Of a DNA stretch of 42,807 bases, positions 1 through 7,995 are shown piece after piece. The stretch spans positions 1-42,807 of IMG/VR virus record IMGVR_UViG_3300034355_000650. The stretch is one strand, 5' to 3'. The notes under the pieces were generated by a model. The model searched no databases. It saw nothing but the letters and a program-made list of their open reading frames with translations, and was not told the DNA's origin. The stretch is from a virus (Duplodnaviria > Caudoviricetes). Position numbers and translations under genes: made by a program. The first letter of the stretch is position 1. The number at the start of each line of letters is the position of its first letter.

Positions 1-253
1 CGAACTGGAAGTAAAGCGCCAGCACATCGAAAAATACGACGCAACACTAGCCAGAGGAATAGCCAGAAAAATCCAGCGCAGGACGTTGGTATTAGCAACA
101 TTAATTGCAAAAGACCAAGCCCAGCAGGGAAAAGACGATTAAGGCTTTTTTCGCTTGTCCAGGATCGTTTTAGCCTCAGCCATGTAAGGCTTAAGTTGTT
201 CCCGAATAAGCTTCAAAAACATCTCTTTGGGCGTCTTGCCGGTATGCAACTTC
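1..253. repeat. Terminal direct repeat, copy 1 (circular overlap)
   Basis: 1..253 matches 42555..42807 except G127 vs A42681 (synonymous CAG/CAA). Confidence 0.97.
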
Positions 254-336
254 ATCAGTGCAACGGCAATGGCGTCCAGATCGTCACAATCAACAAAAAT
301 TCTAGGTCGTACAGGTTTTTTCATGTAGGCGATCAT
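139..336 (-). CDS. Small DNA-binding protein, ribbon-helix-helix-like; candidate repressor
   Basis: RBS AGGAG about 9 nt upstream on the minus strand; strand-helix-helix pattern RPRIFVD-DDLDAIAVAL-TPKEMFLKLIREQL; divergent from the early operon. Confidence 0.55.
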   Translation of the reverse strand: MIAYMKKPVRPRIFVDCDDLDAIAVALMKLHTGKTPKEMFLKLIREQLKPYMAEAKTILDKRKKP

Positions 337-424
337 AACAAAACACTCCTTGTAATTAAAGTATTGTACACCATGTTATTTAATTACATATACCAATTCA
401 TTAAATAAATTTGAGTCAAATAAC

Positions 425-453
425 TTGACGCCATGAGTCAAACGGTATACAGT
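425..453 (+). promoter_or_regulatory. Sigma70-type early promoter
   Basis: TTGACG(425-430)-17 nt-TACAGT(448-453) in an AT-rich intergenic region; TGAGTCAAA repeats at 412-420 and 434-442. Confidence 0.65.
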
Positions 454-506
454 TAGAACGTCGGGCATTGGCCCGCAGAAACTTTTCACTTGCTTAGGAG
501 TAAACG

Positions 507-881
507 ATGAACGCCCTAGAACGGTTGGACCATGAAATTGCAGCGGCAAAAATTCGCCGCCAAACAAAGGAACGCCAGCTTGCAGAACAAGACCAACAAG
601 AGGCAGACAACGCCCACCAGTTGATTATGGAAGCAGCGCCCGAAGCGATTCGAGAATTTGCAATGCCGTTTGAGAACGTAGATTTTTGTTACCAAGTACG
701 TTTCGACTTACCAGGTTTTTCCATTCTGGCACGCATTAGCAAAATGGCCGTTGTTGACTGCAAAGTGCAATGGCATTGGACCCGCCGCACAGTCTGGCAC
801 CACGTGAACACTTTAGACGAAGCGCTAGTTTATGGCGCAGAACAGGGCAGCCAGTGGATTGACGTACCACCGCCCTTTTAA
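507..881 (+). CDS. Hypothetical early protein
   Basis: RBS AGGAG; first ORF after the promoter; N-terminal coiled-coil-like segment. Confidence 0.75.
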   Translation: MNALERLDHEIAAAKIRRQTKERQLAEQDQQEADNAHQLIMEAAPEAIREFAMPFENVDFCYQVRFDLPGFSILARISKMAVVDCKVQWHWTRRTVWHHVNTLDEALVYGAEQGSQWIDVPPPF

Positions 882-897
882 CCGACCTAGACCGGGG

Positions 898-944
898 CGC
901 CCGGTTTATACCGTTCGTTGAATGGTGCCGGGCGTTTTTTTTTT
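898..944 (+). terminator. Intrinsic terminator / possible attenuator
   Basis: CGCCCGG(898-904)/CCGGGCG(928-934) with inner ACCGTTC/GAATGGT pairing, followed by a long T run. Confidence 0.65.
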
Positions 945-964
945 CTTCAGCAGGAGGCAGGCAG

Positions 965-1165
965 ATGGCAGGAAGACTAAACGGATTAGTGTTGAAAATC
1001 AAAGAAGGGGAGCGTTTTTTGCTCAACATGGACGGGCTTACTTGTTGGGTTGGCGTCGCCGGCGTCAGCACAGGGGCTGCAAGGCTTGTTGTCGATGCAC
1101 CCAGGAACGTGATGGTAATTCGAGAAAAAATCATTAAGGAGTTAGAAACATGCAAACAGCTATAA
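965..1165 (+). CDS. csrA: CsrA/RsmA-like RNA-binding regulator
   Basis: LVLKIKEGERFLL...VAGVSTGAARLVVDAPRNVMVIREKI follows the CsrA pattern LxLxRxxGExxxI...VRLGIxAPxxVxIxREEI; RBS AGGAGG. Confidence 0.75.
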   Translation: MAGRLNGLVLKIKEGERFLLNMDGLTCWVGVAGVSTGAARLVVDAPRNVMVIREKIIKELETCKQL

Positions 1166-2049
1166 CCGCACGCCCCGAAAAGGCGCTTGAAATAAATGGC
1201 TTTGCCGAAGCCGTTAAACTGGCCGAGATAATGGCAGGGGCAAAATTAGTGCCTTATCATTTACAAAAATCGCCTTCAGATTGTTTGCTAGTAATCGAGC
1301 AAGCCATTCGTTGGGGCATGAGCCCCTTTGCAGTGGCGCAGGCTACTAGCATTGTCAACGGCCATTTAATGTTTGAGGGCAAGCTAGTGGCCGCCGCTAT
1401 CCAGGGCAGCGGCGTTATTCATGGCAGCTTAAACTACACCTACAAAGGCCAAGGTAATAACCGTGAAGTTACAGTTATTGGCACCCTTAAAGGTGAAGAA
1501 GAAGCCAGAACAATAACGGCAATATTTTCAGACGTTCGCACGGACAATAAGCATTGGGACAAAAACCCCGATCAAATGCTTAGTTACATGGGCGCACGTA
1601 TTTGGGCCCGCCGTCATGCCCCCGCCGTCATGTTAGGCGTGTACGCACCAGATGAGTTTGAAGACAAAGAAGTTAAAGCGCCCAAAATGAAAACGGACGT
1701 TTTAGCAACCAACGACGACGGCAGCCGCCTATTAGTCGAAAGGCCTATTACCGATGCGGCACCGGCGCCCGTAAATGGTGAGGTGATAATACCAACAAAG
1801 GGCATGGCAATCACGGCTGAGCAACTTAAAGAAATTAATTTTCTCTTGAAGGAGCTAGGCTATACCAAGGAAAAAAAAGCCGCATGGGGCGCCGAGGTTA
1901 AAGCGCTTTACAACGTGAGCAAGCCCACCGAGTTAAGCCAAGACGACGCCGAGGCCGTCATTGCTAACCTTAATCATGAAATTGATTTACAAGCCGCAGA
2001 AAACAATCCCTTTAAAGAACCCGTAACCGTTGCAGGAGGTGCAAAGTAA
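1150..2049 (+). CDS. recT: RecT/Red-beta-like single-strand annealing recombinase
   Basis: LVPxHLQxSPxDCL..W.MSPFAVAQ..SIVNG and WxxxPDQML...ARxWARxxAPxVMLGVYxPDE motifs. Confidence 0.75.
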   Translation: MQTAITARPEKALEINGFAEAVKLAEIMAGAKLVPYHLQKSPSDCLLVIEQAIRWGMSPFAVAQATSIVNGHLMFEGKLVAAAIQGSGVIHGSLNYTYKGQGNNREVTVIGTLKGEEEARTITAIFSDVRTDNKHWDKNPDQMLSYMGARIWARRHAPAVMLGVYAPDEFEDKEVKAPKMKTDVLATNDDGSRLLVERPITDAAPAPVNGEVIIPTKGMAITAEQLKEINFLLKELGYTKEKKAAWGAEVKALYNVSKPTELSQDDAEAVIANLNHEIDLQAAENNPFKEPVTVAGGAK

Positions 2050-2555
2050 TGAGCATTTTAGATTTATCCCATGGCGCAAAGATATTGGAATTTTGGGCTA
2101 CTAAAGACGACGCCGGCGACGGCGAACTTGACCCCGTGCTTGATGAACTTCTAGCCGAACTAGAAGGCAAAATTGAGGACAAAGTCGAAGCCTATTGCCG
2201 CATTATTCGAGAGCTTGAATTGACGGCCGCCGCCAGGAAGGAAGAAGCCGAACGCATTCGCAAATTGAGCGATCAAGACGGCAACACCGTTAAAGCCATG
2301 AAGGGCAGATTAATGTACTTTTTTGGCCTGCATGGAATTGACAAACTGAAAACCAGTTTTTTCAGCTTATCTATTTGCGCCAACGGCGGCGTGCAGCCGC
2401 TAGAGGTTACAGTCCCAGCGGAGCACCTACCCCCCGATTGTCAAAAAATTACCCTAAGCCCAAACCTTGACGTCATACGTGAAAAAATCAAGGGCGGCGA
2501 AATTGTTGCAGGCGTTACCGTTTTACCACGTGGCCAACATTTACGCATTAAATAG
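2049..2555 (+). CDS. Siphovirus Gp157 family protein
   Basis: LEGKIEDKVEAY..IIRELE...A.KEEA.R coiled coil, KLKTxxFxLSI, C-terminal GxHLRIK; adjacent to recT. Confidence 0.8.
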   Translation: MSILDLSHGAKILEFWATKDDAGDGELDPVLDELLAELEGKIEDKVEAYCRIIRELELTAAARKEEAERIRKLSDQDGNTVKAMKGRLMYFFGLHGIDKLKTSFFSLSICANGGVQPLEVTVPAEHLPPDCQKITLSPNLDVIREKIKGGEIVAGVTVLPRGQHLRIK

Positions 2556-2566
2556 GAGGTTTAATC

Positions 2567-3403
2567 ATGAAGGCAACTACGACAGCGTCCATAAAATTTA
2601 TGCGCTTAAAACGCAAACTTGCATTGCCCCACTGGCAGGCCGTTGGCCTGTTAGAAAGCCTTTGGGTTTTTGCCATGGCTAACGCCATGGACGGGGCAAT
2701 TGGACGCCATAGCAACGAGGACATTGCCGCCGCCCTGGAATGGTCAGGCGACCCCGATCAAATGATTCTTGCCCTGGTCGAAACGGGTTGGCTTGATCGG
2801 CACCCCGAAGCCCGTCTTTGCATTCACGACTGGGAAGAACATTGCCCGACTTACGTCAAAGGCATAATGTCACGCAAGGGTAAAACGTTTGTCTCAAGTA
2901 GGCCATATGCTACGCTACCAAGTGAACAACACAGTAGCCAACATAGTAGCCAACATAGTACGCCACTAAACCCCACTGAGAAACCTTCTCAGAGTAGCGA
3001 CCTACCTATTCTTGGCTTACCTATTCAATCCTTACCTATTCTTGGCAAGGGGGGGCAGGCTGTTGTGCCCACCCCCACAGAAAACCCGGCGCATGAGCTT
3101 ACCCTTGAATGGAACCATTACGTCAAAGGCAGCCGCCCAGGCAACGAAACTTTTCCAAAAATAATAGAAGTTTTTTCCGAGGCGTTGCGTCGTGGCATAA
3201 CGGCGCCGGCAATCGCCGCCGCAATTGCTGACCCAAAACGTGACCGCACGGAACCCCTGTTTTTGTTTTCTGATCGAGAGTTACGCCAGCAGCAACGAAG
3301 GGGCCCAGCGGCGCCAAAAAGCACCGAGGAACTTTTAACCAGCATGGCCGCCGACCCAAGGCAGCGGGACGTTTTGGAGGTTGCTTACAATGGGCGAAAC
3401 TAA
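2567..3403 (+). CDS. Putative phage replication initiator
   Basis: N-terminal KFxRLxRxL...AVGLLxxLW...GWL...IHDWEEH winged-helix-type domain, central low-complexity linker with DNA repeats, position in the early operon. Confidence 0.65.
   Translation: MKATTTASIKFMRLKRKLALPHWQAVGLLESLWVFAMANAMDGAIGRHSNEDIAAALEWSGDPDQMILALVETGWLDRHPEARLCIHDWEEHCPTYVKGIMSRKGKTFVSSRPYATLPSEQHSSQHSSQHSTPLNPTEKPSQSSDLPILGLPIQSLPILGKGGQAVVPTPTENPAHELTLEWNHYVKGSRPGNETFPKIIEVFSEALRRGITAPAIAAAIADPKRDRTEPLFLFSDRELRQQQRRGPAAPKSTEELLTSMAADPRQRDVLEVAYNGRN
2927..3046. repeat. Candidate replication origin (iterons) within the initiator gene
   Basis: 3x12 bp CAACAYAGTASS (2927-2962), inverted repeat CTGAGAA/TTCTCAG (2976-2992), 3x15 bp YTACCTATTC-core repeats (3002-3046). 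Confidence 0.55.
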
Positions 3404-4148
3404 CTTAATTACCCAGGCAAACGCCGAAGCCGAAAAGGCTGAATGGTTCCGCTGGGCCGACTACCACCGAACTTTATTTGGTTGGCACAACGACGCCGAC
3501 GGCAAAATGGTTGGAACTTGGATCGGCTTTTTCCGGCGCTATGGCTTTACCGCTGAGGAAATGATGGCAGCAACGGACGGCGTCGCACGTCAGGAAATAC
3601 CGCCATTTTCGCATGAGAAACATTTAAACGCATTGGAGCAACATGCGCTAATGTTTCGCAGGGAAAAAATGAAGCGCACCGCCTACCAAGTTGCCGAGGA
3701 AAGAGGCGTTTGCACGGACTGTTTAAACAGCGGCTTAATCTCCGTACCATGGTTGCCCGACGTTGTAGACGGTGTATGGTGCAGCAGCCGCACCGCCGCC
3801 GTTTGGTGCCGTTGTCCAGATGGCCGAGTTTATGCCGGCGTCAAAGACGGCCGGGACAGGGCCCTAATGGGCAGCACCGAATACTTTACCCGCAATCCCA
3901 AATGGCGAATGCAAGTAAAAGCAAGGGCAGAAACAGCCGTTGAAAAGGCGCTACTTGTTGAAGACATAACTATTCAATTGCAGAGCGCCGCACAGCAGCC
4001 CCGCAACGTTTTAGACAATCTTATTTCACGAATGAGCGTTCGTTACGGGTTATTGCCTGGCGACGAACCAACAAAGATTGACACTGCCAGCGTGGCATGG
4101 TCAGAGGGTTCTATAACTAGAGACTGGAAAGAAGGGGATTTAGTATGA
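3390..4148 (+). CDS. Hypothetical Zn-binding replication protein (possible helicase loader)
   Basis: CTDCLNSG and WCRC motifs; directly after the initiator; RBS GGAGG before ATG 3390. Confidence 0.45.
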   Translation: MGETNLITQANAEAEKAEWFRWADYHRTLFGWHNDADGKMVGTWIGFFRRYGFTAEEMMAATDGVARQEIPPFSHEKHLNALEQHALMFRREKMKRTAYQVAEERGVCTDCLNSGLISVPWLPDVVDGVWCSSRTAAVWCRCPDGRVYAGVKDGRDRALMGSTEYFTRNPKWRMQVKARAETAVEKALLVEDITIQLQSAAQQPRNVLDNLISRMSVRYGLLPGDEPTKIDTASVAWSEGSITRDWKEGDLV

Positions 4149-4588
4149 TTTTTAACGACAGCGATTTTTCACCATCGGCGCCACCATCAAAAAGGGTACC
4201 AGTAGAATTGCCACCAGGCACCTACAGCGCAGTAATAAAAACCGAAGAAACCAAATTGACCAAGGCAGGCACCGGCGAATATTTGCAGTTAATGCTTGAA
4301 GTCGATGAAGGCCCGCAGGCAGGCTTAAGGGTATTTGACCGCCTTAATCTACGCAACCCAAGTGTAAAGGCTATGGCCATTGCCCAAGAAACCTTAATAA
4401 AAATATGCGAGGCCGTCAGCCTGGACAACCCTAACGACAGCGCCGAGCTTGTCGGAAAAAGGGTGCAGATTGAAACCAGCAACGAAGCGTACCAGGGCAA
4501 AACGTACGCCCGTATACGTGCCTATTTACCGCACCCAGCAGGGCAAAAAGACAAGGAAGACGAGTTCATAGAAGACTTGCCTTTTTAA
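4145..4588 (+). CDS. DUF669 family single-stranded DNA-binding protein
   Basis: LPPGTYxAVI...KAGTGEYLQL...GxRVFDRLNLxNP...IAQxxLxxIC; acidic tail ending EDLPF. Confidence 0.8.
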   Translation: MIFNDSDFSPSAPPSKRVPVELPPGTYSAVIKTEETKLTKAGTGEYLQLMLEVDEGPQAGLRVFDRLNLRNPSVKAMAIAQETLIKICEAVSLDNPNDSAELVGKRVQIETSNEAYQGKTYARIRAYLPHPAGQKDKEDEFIEDLPF

Positions 4589-4660
4589 TATCCGTGAGGG
4601 GCGGAGCGCCAAGCACCACAGCGCTGCTTAACACGGAGACCCTAGTACACCGCCCGCTAG

Positions 4661-4670
4661 GGTCATTTAC
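4661..4670 (+). promoter_or_regulatory. Variant of the phage motif (GGTCATTTAC)
   Basis: 9/10 match to GGTCATTTAT, about 35 nt upstream of ATG 4705. Confidence 0.45.
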
Positions 4671-4704
4671 TTCTAAGGGCCAACAGCATTTAACAGGGGC
4701 AGGC

Positions 4705-4884
4705 ATGGACCAGTGGGAACCATTACGGGACGAGGCCCGACGTCGCCGGCTTATGGAACTTCGCTGGAAGCCAGACCCAAAACGCCGAAGGTCATGGACC
4801 GACCCCACCGGCGAAACATGGCATGAGCCCGACGCTTTTCGTTGGCTTACGCAGAATGACGACCCGGTCCATCTGAGGTTTTAA
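4705..4884 (+). CDS. Hypothetical protein
   Basis: ATG with purine-rich RBS; stop overlaps the next start (TAATG). Confidence 0.6.
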   Translation: MDQWEPLRDEARRRRLMELRWKPDPKRRRSWTDPTGETWHEPDAFRWLTQNDDPVHLRF

Positions 4885-5768
4885 TGCCAAAGGTTAGGCC
4901 GGTAAAAGACGAATGGCGGATCGAACGCACCGACACCCACGTACACCGCTTAATTGTGCCCTATAGCAGAGTAAAAGAAACACGCACCGTTTACGCCATG
5001 AGCGACTTGCATTGGGACAGCGCCCATTGTGAGCGTGAAATTCTTAAATCCCATCTTGAAGCCGCCAAAAAAGAAAACGCCATGATTATCATGGCCGGCG
5101 ACGTGTTCGACTTGATGCAAGGCAAATGGGACCCACGAAGGGACCAAAGCGTCTTACGGCCAGAGCACCGAGGCAATTGCTACCTGGACAGCGTCTTGGA
5201 AACAGCCGTCGAATGGTTCAAACCCTACGCAAAAAATATTGCGCTTGTTAGTCCTGGCAATCATGAAACCAGCGTGCAGGCCAGAAACGACACGGACATT
5301 ATTCAGCGCTTTGCTGATGGCTTAAGGCCCCACGGTTTTAGGGGAGCCGTTGGCCAATATTGGGGTTGGGTATTGTTTCAATCGCACATAAACAAAACCG
5401 TCTTAAGCCGGCGCATTCATTACCATCATGGTTACGGCGGCGGCGGCGAAGTTACCAGAGGGCTGATTGACAACAGCCGCACCAGAGGAATGTATGAAGG
5501 TGGCGACGTCTATCTAAGCGGGCATATCCACCGACGAAACGCCGACGAGAATAACCCGATTAGAGTTACAAGCACCGGCAAGCTGGAAATGGCGCAACAG
5601 TTTTTTCTACGTTGTGCAGCGTACAAAAACGAGCACAAAGACGGTTGGCATGTTTCTAAAGGCAGGGCAGCCCGGCCAATAGGCGGCTGGGCAATCGACG
5701 TTACTTACCAAGTAACAAAGTGGCCTGAGCAAAATAGGTTTTTACATGTATCAACGAGGATGTTATGA
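4884..5768 (+). CDS. Calcineurin-like metallophosphoesterase
   Basis: SDLHWD, AGDVFD, GNHE, HHG and GHIH motifs in canonical order. Confidence 0.85.
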   Translation: MPKVRPVKDEWRIERTDTHVHRLIVPYSRVKETRTVYAMSDLHWDSAHCEREILKSHLEAAKKENAMIIMAGDVFDLMQGKWDPRRDQSVLRPEHRGNCYLDSVLETAVEWFKPYAKNIALVSPGNHETSVQARNDTDIIQRFADGLRPHGFRGAVGQYWGWVLFQSHINKTVLSRRIHYHHGYGGGGEVTRGLIDNSRTRGMYEGGDVYLSGHIHRRNADENNPIRVTSTGKLEMAQQFFLRCAAYKNEHKDGWHVSKGRAARPIGGWAIDVTYQVTKWPEQNRFLHVSTRML

Positions 5769-6127
5769 GTAAAGATTTTTGGGAAGAAGAACACGAACAC
5801 GACGACAACGAAACCGACGACGGCGGAAGCGACTGGAAAACAGAAGACGAAATAAATCCGTTTGAAGAATTTATTTTAGATTTTCTAGAAAATATTCTCA
5901 CAAAAAAATTTACCGACCTTGAGGCTATGAAGCGAATAGCCGACGCCGTAATTGAACGAGACTGGTACAGCGAGCAAGCAGAAACCGAAGCAACAACGGC
6001 AGTTTTTGCAATGGCATATAGCGCCACACTAGGCGCCCAAATAACGCCACAGGTTGCTAAAAATTTATCAGACGTAATTAAAAGGTGTATTGCTTACGAC
6101 ATTAAGGCAGAGAGCGAGCGCAACTAA
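5765..6127 (+). CDS. Hypothetical acidic protein
   Basis: ATGA overlap with the upstream gene; RBS GAGG. Confidence 0.7.
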   Translation: MSKDFWEEEHEHDDNETDDGGSDWKTEDEINPFEEFILDFLENILTKKFTDLEAMKRIADAVIERDWYSEQAETEATTAVFAMAYSATLGAQITPQVAKNLSDVIKRCIAYDIKAESERN

Positions 6128-6348
6128 TGGACACCAGCAAAATAAACCACCCACCGCATTACACCGCCGCCCCAATCGAGTGCATTGAAGCCATTGAAGC
6201 CGCACTAGGCAAAGAAGCCTTTATTGATTTTTGCCGAGGGCAGGCAATTAAATATCTATGGCGTGCCAGGTTAAAAGACACCTTGCAGGAAAACTTGCTT
6301 AAAGCGCAATGGTACATTCACAAGGCACTATTGGAAATAAAACAATGA
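6127..6348 (+). CDS. DUF3310 family protein (T7 gp1.7-related nucleotide kinase-like)
   Basis: INHPxHYT...IECIEAI...FCRGxAIKYLWRAxxK...LxKAxWY. Confidence 0.85.
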   Translation: MDTSKINHPPHYTAAPIECIEAIEAALGKEAFIDFCRGQAIKYLWRARLKDTLQENLLKAQWYIHKALLEIKQ

Positions 6349-6668
6349 GCATTGTAAAACGACTTACCGAATATTTTGCCGGTATGCCAGCACGTTCGCC
6401 GCTATGGCCGGCAGTACGCAAAGCATGGTTAAAAACAAATTCAACTTGTGCCGCATGCGGCAGCGCCGACAAGCTGGAAGTGCATCATATTGAGCCTTAC
6501 CACCAGCGCCCCGACCTAGAACTTGTAGTGTCCAATTTTATTACTCTTTGCGAAAACGGTGGCAATTGCCACCTATTCGTCGGCCATCTTAAAAACTGGA
6601 AAAGCTATAACAAAAACGTCAAAGAAGACGCCGCCGTTGTTCTAAAAAAAATCAGAACACGCCCTTAA
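6345..6668 (+). CDS. HNH endonuclease
   Basis: RSxxWxxVRK, CAACG, LEVHHI, NFITLC...CH. Confidence 0.85.
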   Translation: MSIVKRLTEYFAGMPARSPLWPAVRKAWLKTNSTCAACGSADKLEVHHIEPYHQRPDLELVVSNFITLCENGGNCHLFVGHLKNWKSYNKNVKEDAAVVLKKIRTRP

Positions 6669-6673
6669 TTTTG

Positions 6674-6702
6674 TTGACACTAATTTTAAAAATGGTAAAA
6701 CT
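6674..6702 (+). promoter_or_regulatory. Possible sigma70 promoter
   Basis: Perfect TTGACA (6674-6679) followed by TGGTAAAACT; the -10 is imperfect. Confidence 0.4.
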
Positions 6703-6795
6703 TCTCACACGTAAGAGCGAGTACCTAACCCTCTTAGAAAAACAATTACGGGCATAACGGGCAGGACGCCACGCCACTTCTGAAAAATCCTAGCC

Positions 6796-7302
6796 TTGCA
6801 AGTAACTTTATCCCCCGCCGACGTCGGCGTGATATATAACACCGCAGCGTTACGCAGTGCCGTTTCGGCCGCCGCCGGCGCTCAGTGCCCAAAACTTTCA
6901 CACGACCAAACCACTTCAGACGTGACGGGTTACGCAGCAGAATACGCCTGGGCTAAACGCTTTAATGTTTTTCCCGATTTTACTTTTATCAGCCGCAAAA
7001 ACGGTTACGACAACATAACCGCAGGCAAACGCATTGACATAAAAGCCAGCACAAACTTAAAGGCCCGACTACTAAGAAACCTAGATCAAAACAACCCCGA
7101 CGTCGATATTTTTGTTTTGGCAATTGTTCAAATACCAACCGTTCATTTTGTTGGTTGGTGCACCATAGACGAACTACGCAGGCCAGAAAACTTAATTGAT
7201 TTAGGTTATGGCCCAGTCTACGCCTTGGAACAAGGCAACCCATTATTAAAGCCATTTATGGCAACCAAACGAAAACCCGCCAGCGTGGCGGGCAGTGTGT
7301 GA
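6796..7302 (+). CDS. Putative PD-(D/E)xK nuclease-like protein
   Basis: GYAAExAxA...GYD...IDIKAS pattern; TTG start uncertain. Confidence 0.5.
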   Translation: MQVTLSPADVGVIYNTAALRSAVSAAAGAQCPKLSHDQTTSDVTGYAAEYAWAKRFNVFPDFTFISRKNGYDNITAGKRIDIKASTNLKARLLRNLDQNNPDVDIFVLAIVQIPTVHFVGWCTIDELRRPENLIDLGYGPVYALEQGNPLLKPFMATKRKPASVAGSV

Positions 7303-7325
7303 ACGTCTTTTTTTTGGAGTATCTT

Positions 7326-7502
7326 ATGATTGCGATTCTTTTAACCTTGGCGCTTGGCGCTGATTGTTCTAACGGCCAGTGCAGCGCAGCCCGTGCCCCA
7401 CGTGTTAGCGTGCAAGTAACCACCACCCGCACCGTACAGCGTGAACGAGGCGGCAAACTATTTCACCGACGAGGCAGGACCGCCGCCGGCGGCTGCAAGT
7501 AG
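7326..7502 (+). CDS. Small exported Cys-containing cationic peptide
   Basis: RBS GGAG; MIAILLTLALGA hydrophobic leader, CSNGQC, Arg-rich tail. Confidence 0.6.
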   Translation: MIAILLTLALGADCSNGQCSAARAPRVSVQVTTTRTVQRERGGKLFHRRGRTAAGGCK

Positions 7503-7619
7503 TCCATCCCGAACACCCCCGCACCAAACTGTTTTACTGGCAAGTGACGGCAGGGCGGGCCCCTTTTAAGCAACCGGGGCAGCGGGGGCTTTTTTAATTC
7601 TTACAACAATCAAAGACGC

Positions 7620-7979
7620 ATGACCCACACCTACACGCTAACCATCCCACCGTCAACAAACCACCTTTACCAGCGCCGAGGCCGGCACACCTTTAAAACA
7701 AAACGCTATACCGATTGGCTTACAGAAAACACCCTTACCATTGGCGCAACAAAACCCCATCGCAATTACCCCGCCAAAGTCCATATCAGCATTTACGGCG
7801 GCAAAGGTTGGCGCAGTACCAGGGACATTGACAACACCGCCAAGGCGTGCCTTGACCTAATGCAATTAATAGGGGTTTTAGCCGAGGACAACACCGACCA
7901 CATCGACCATTTAATAGTCAGCTACTTGCCACCAAAAACGCTCAAAGACGCCGCATATTGCACTCTGGTCATTTATTAG
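7620..7979 (+). CDS. rusA: RusA Holliday junction resolvase
   Basis: IPPSTNxLY and RDIDNxxKxxLDxM..G.L.ED. Confidence 0.85.
   Translation: MTHTYTLTIPPSTNHLYQRRGRHTFKTKRYTDWLTENTLTIGATKPHRNYPAKVHISIYGGKGWRSTRDIDNTAKACLDLMQLIGVLAEDNTDHIDHLIVSYLPPKTLKDAAYCTLVIY
7967..7976 (+). promoter_or_regulatory. Phage motif GGTCATTTAT (candidate late promoter)
   Basis: Exact 10-mer, followed by an RBS and ATG 7996. Confidence 0.7.
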
Positions 7980-7995
7980 GGAGGGAGGTAGGGGT

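Noticed and set aside
1-253. True physical direct terminal repeat of the virion DNA
   Set aside because: It cuts through coding sequence and is more simply an assembly overlap; read-end analysis (e.g. PhageTerm) would be needed
6700-6795. CsrB/Rsm-like small RNA
   Set aside because: Only one CAGGACG hairpin; such sRNAs carry multiple GGA loops
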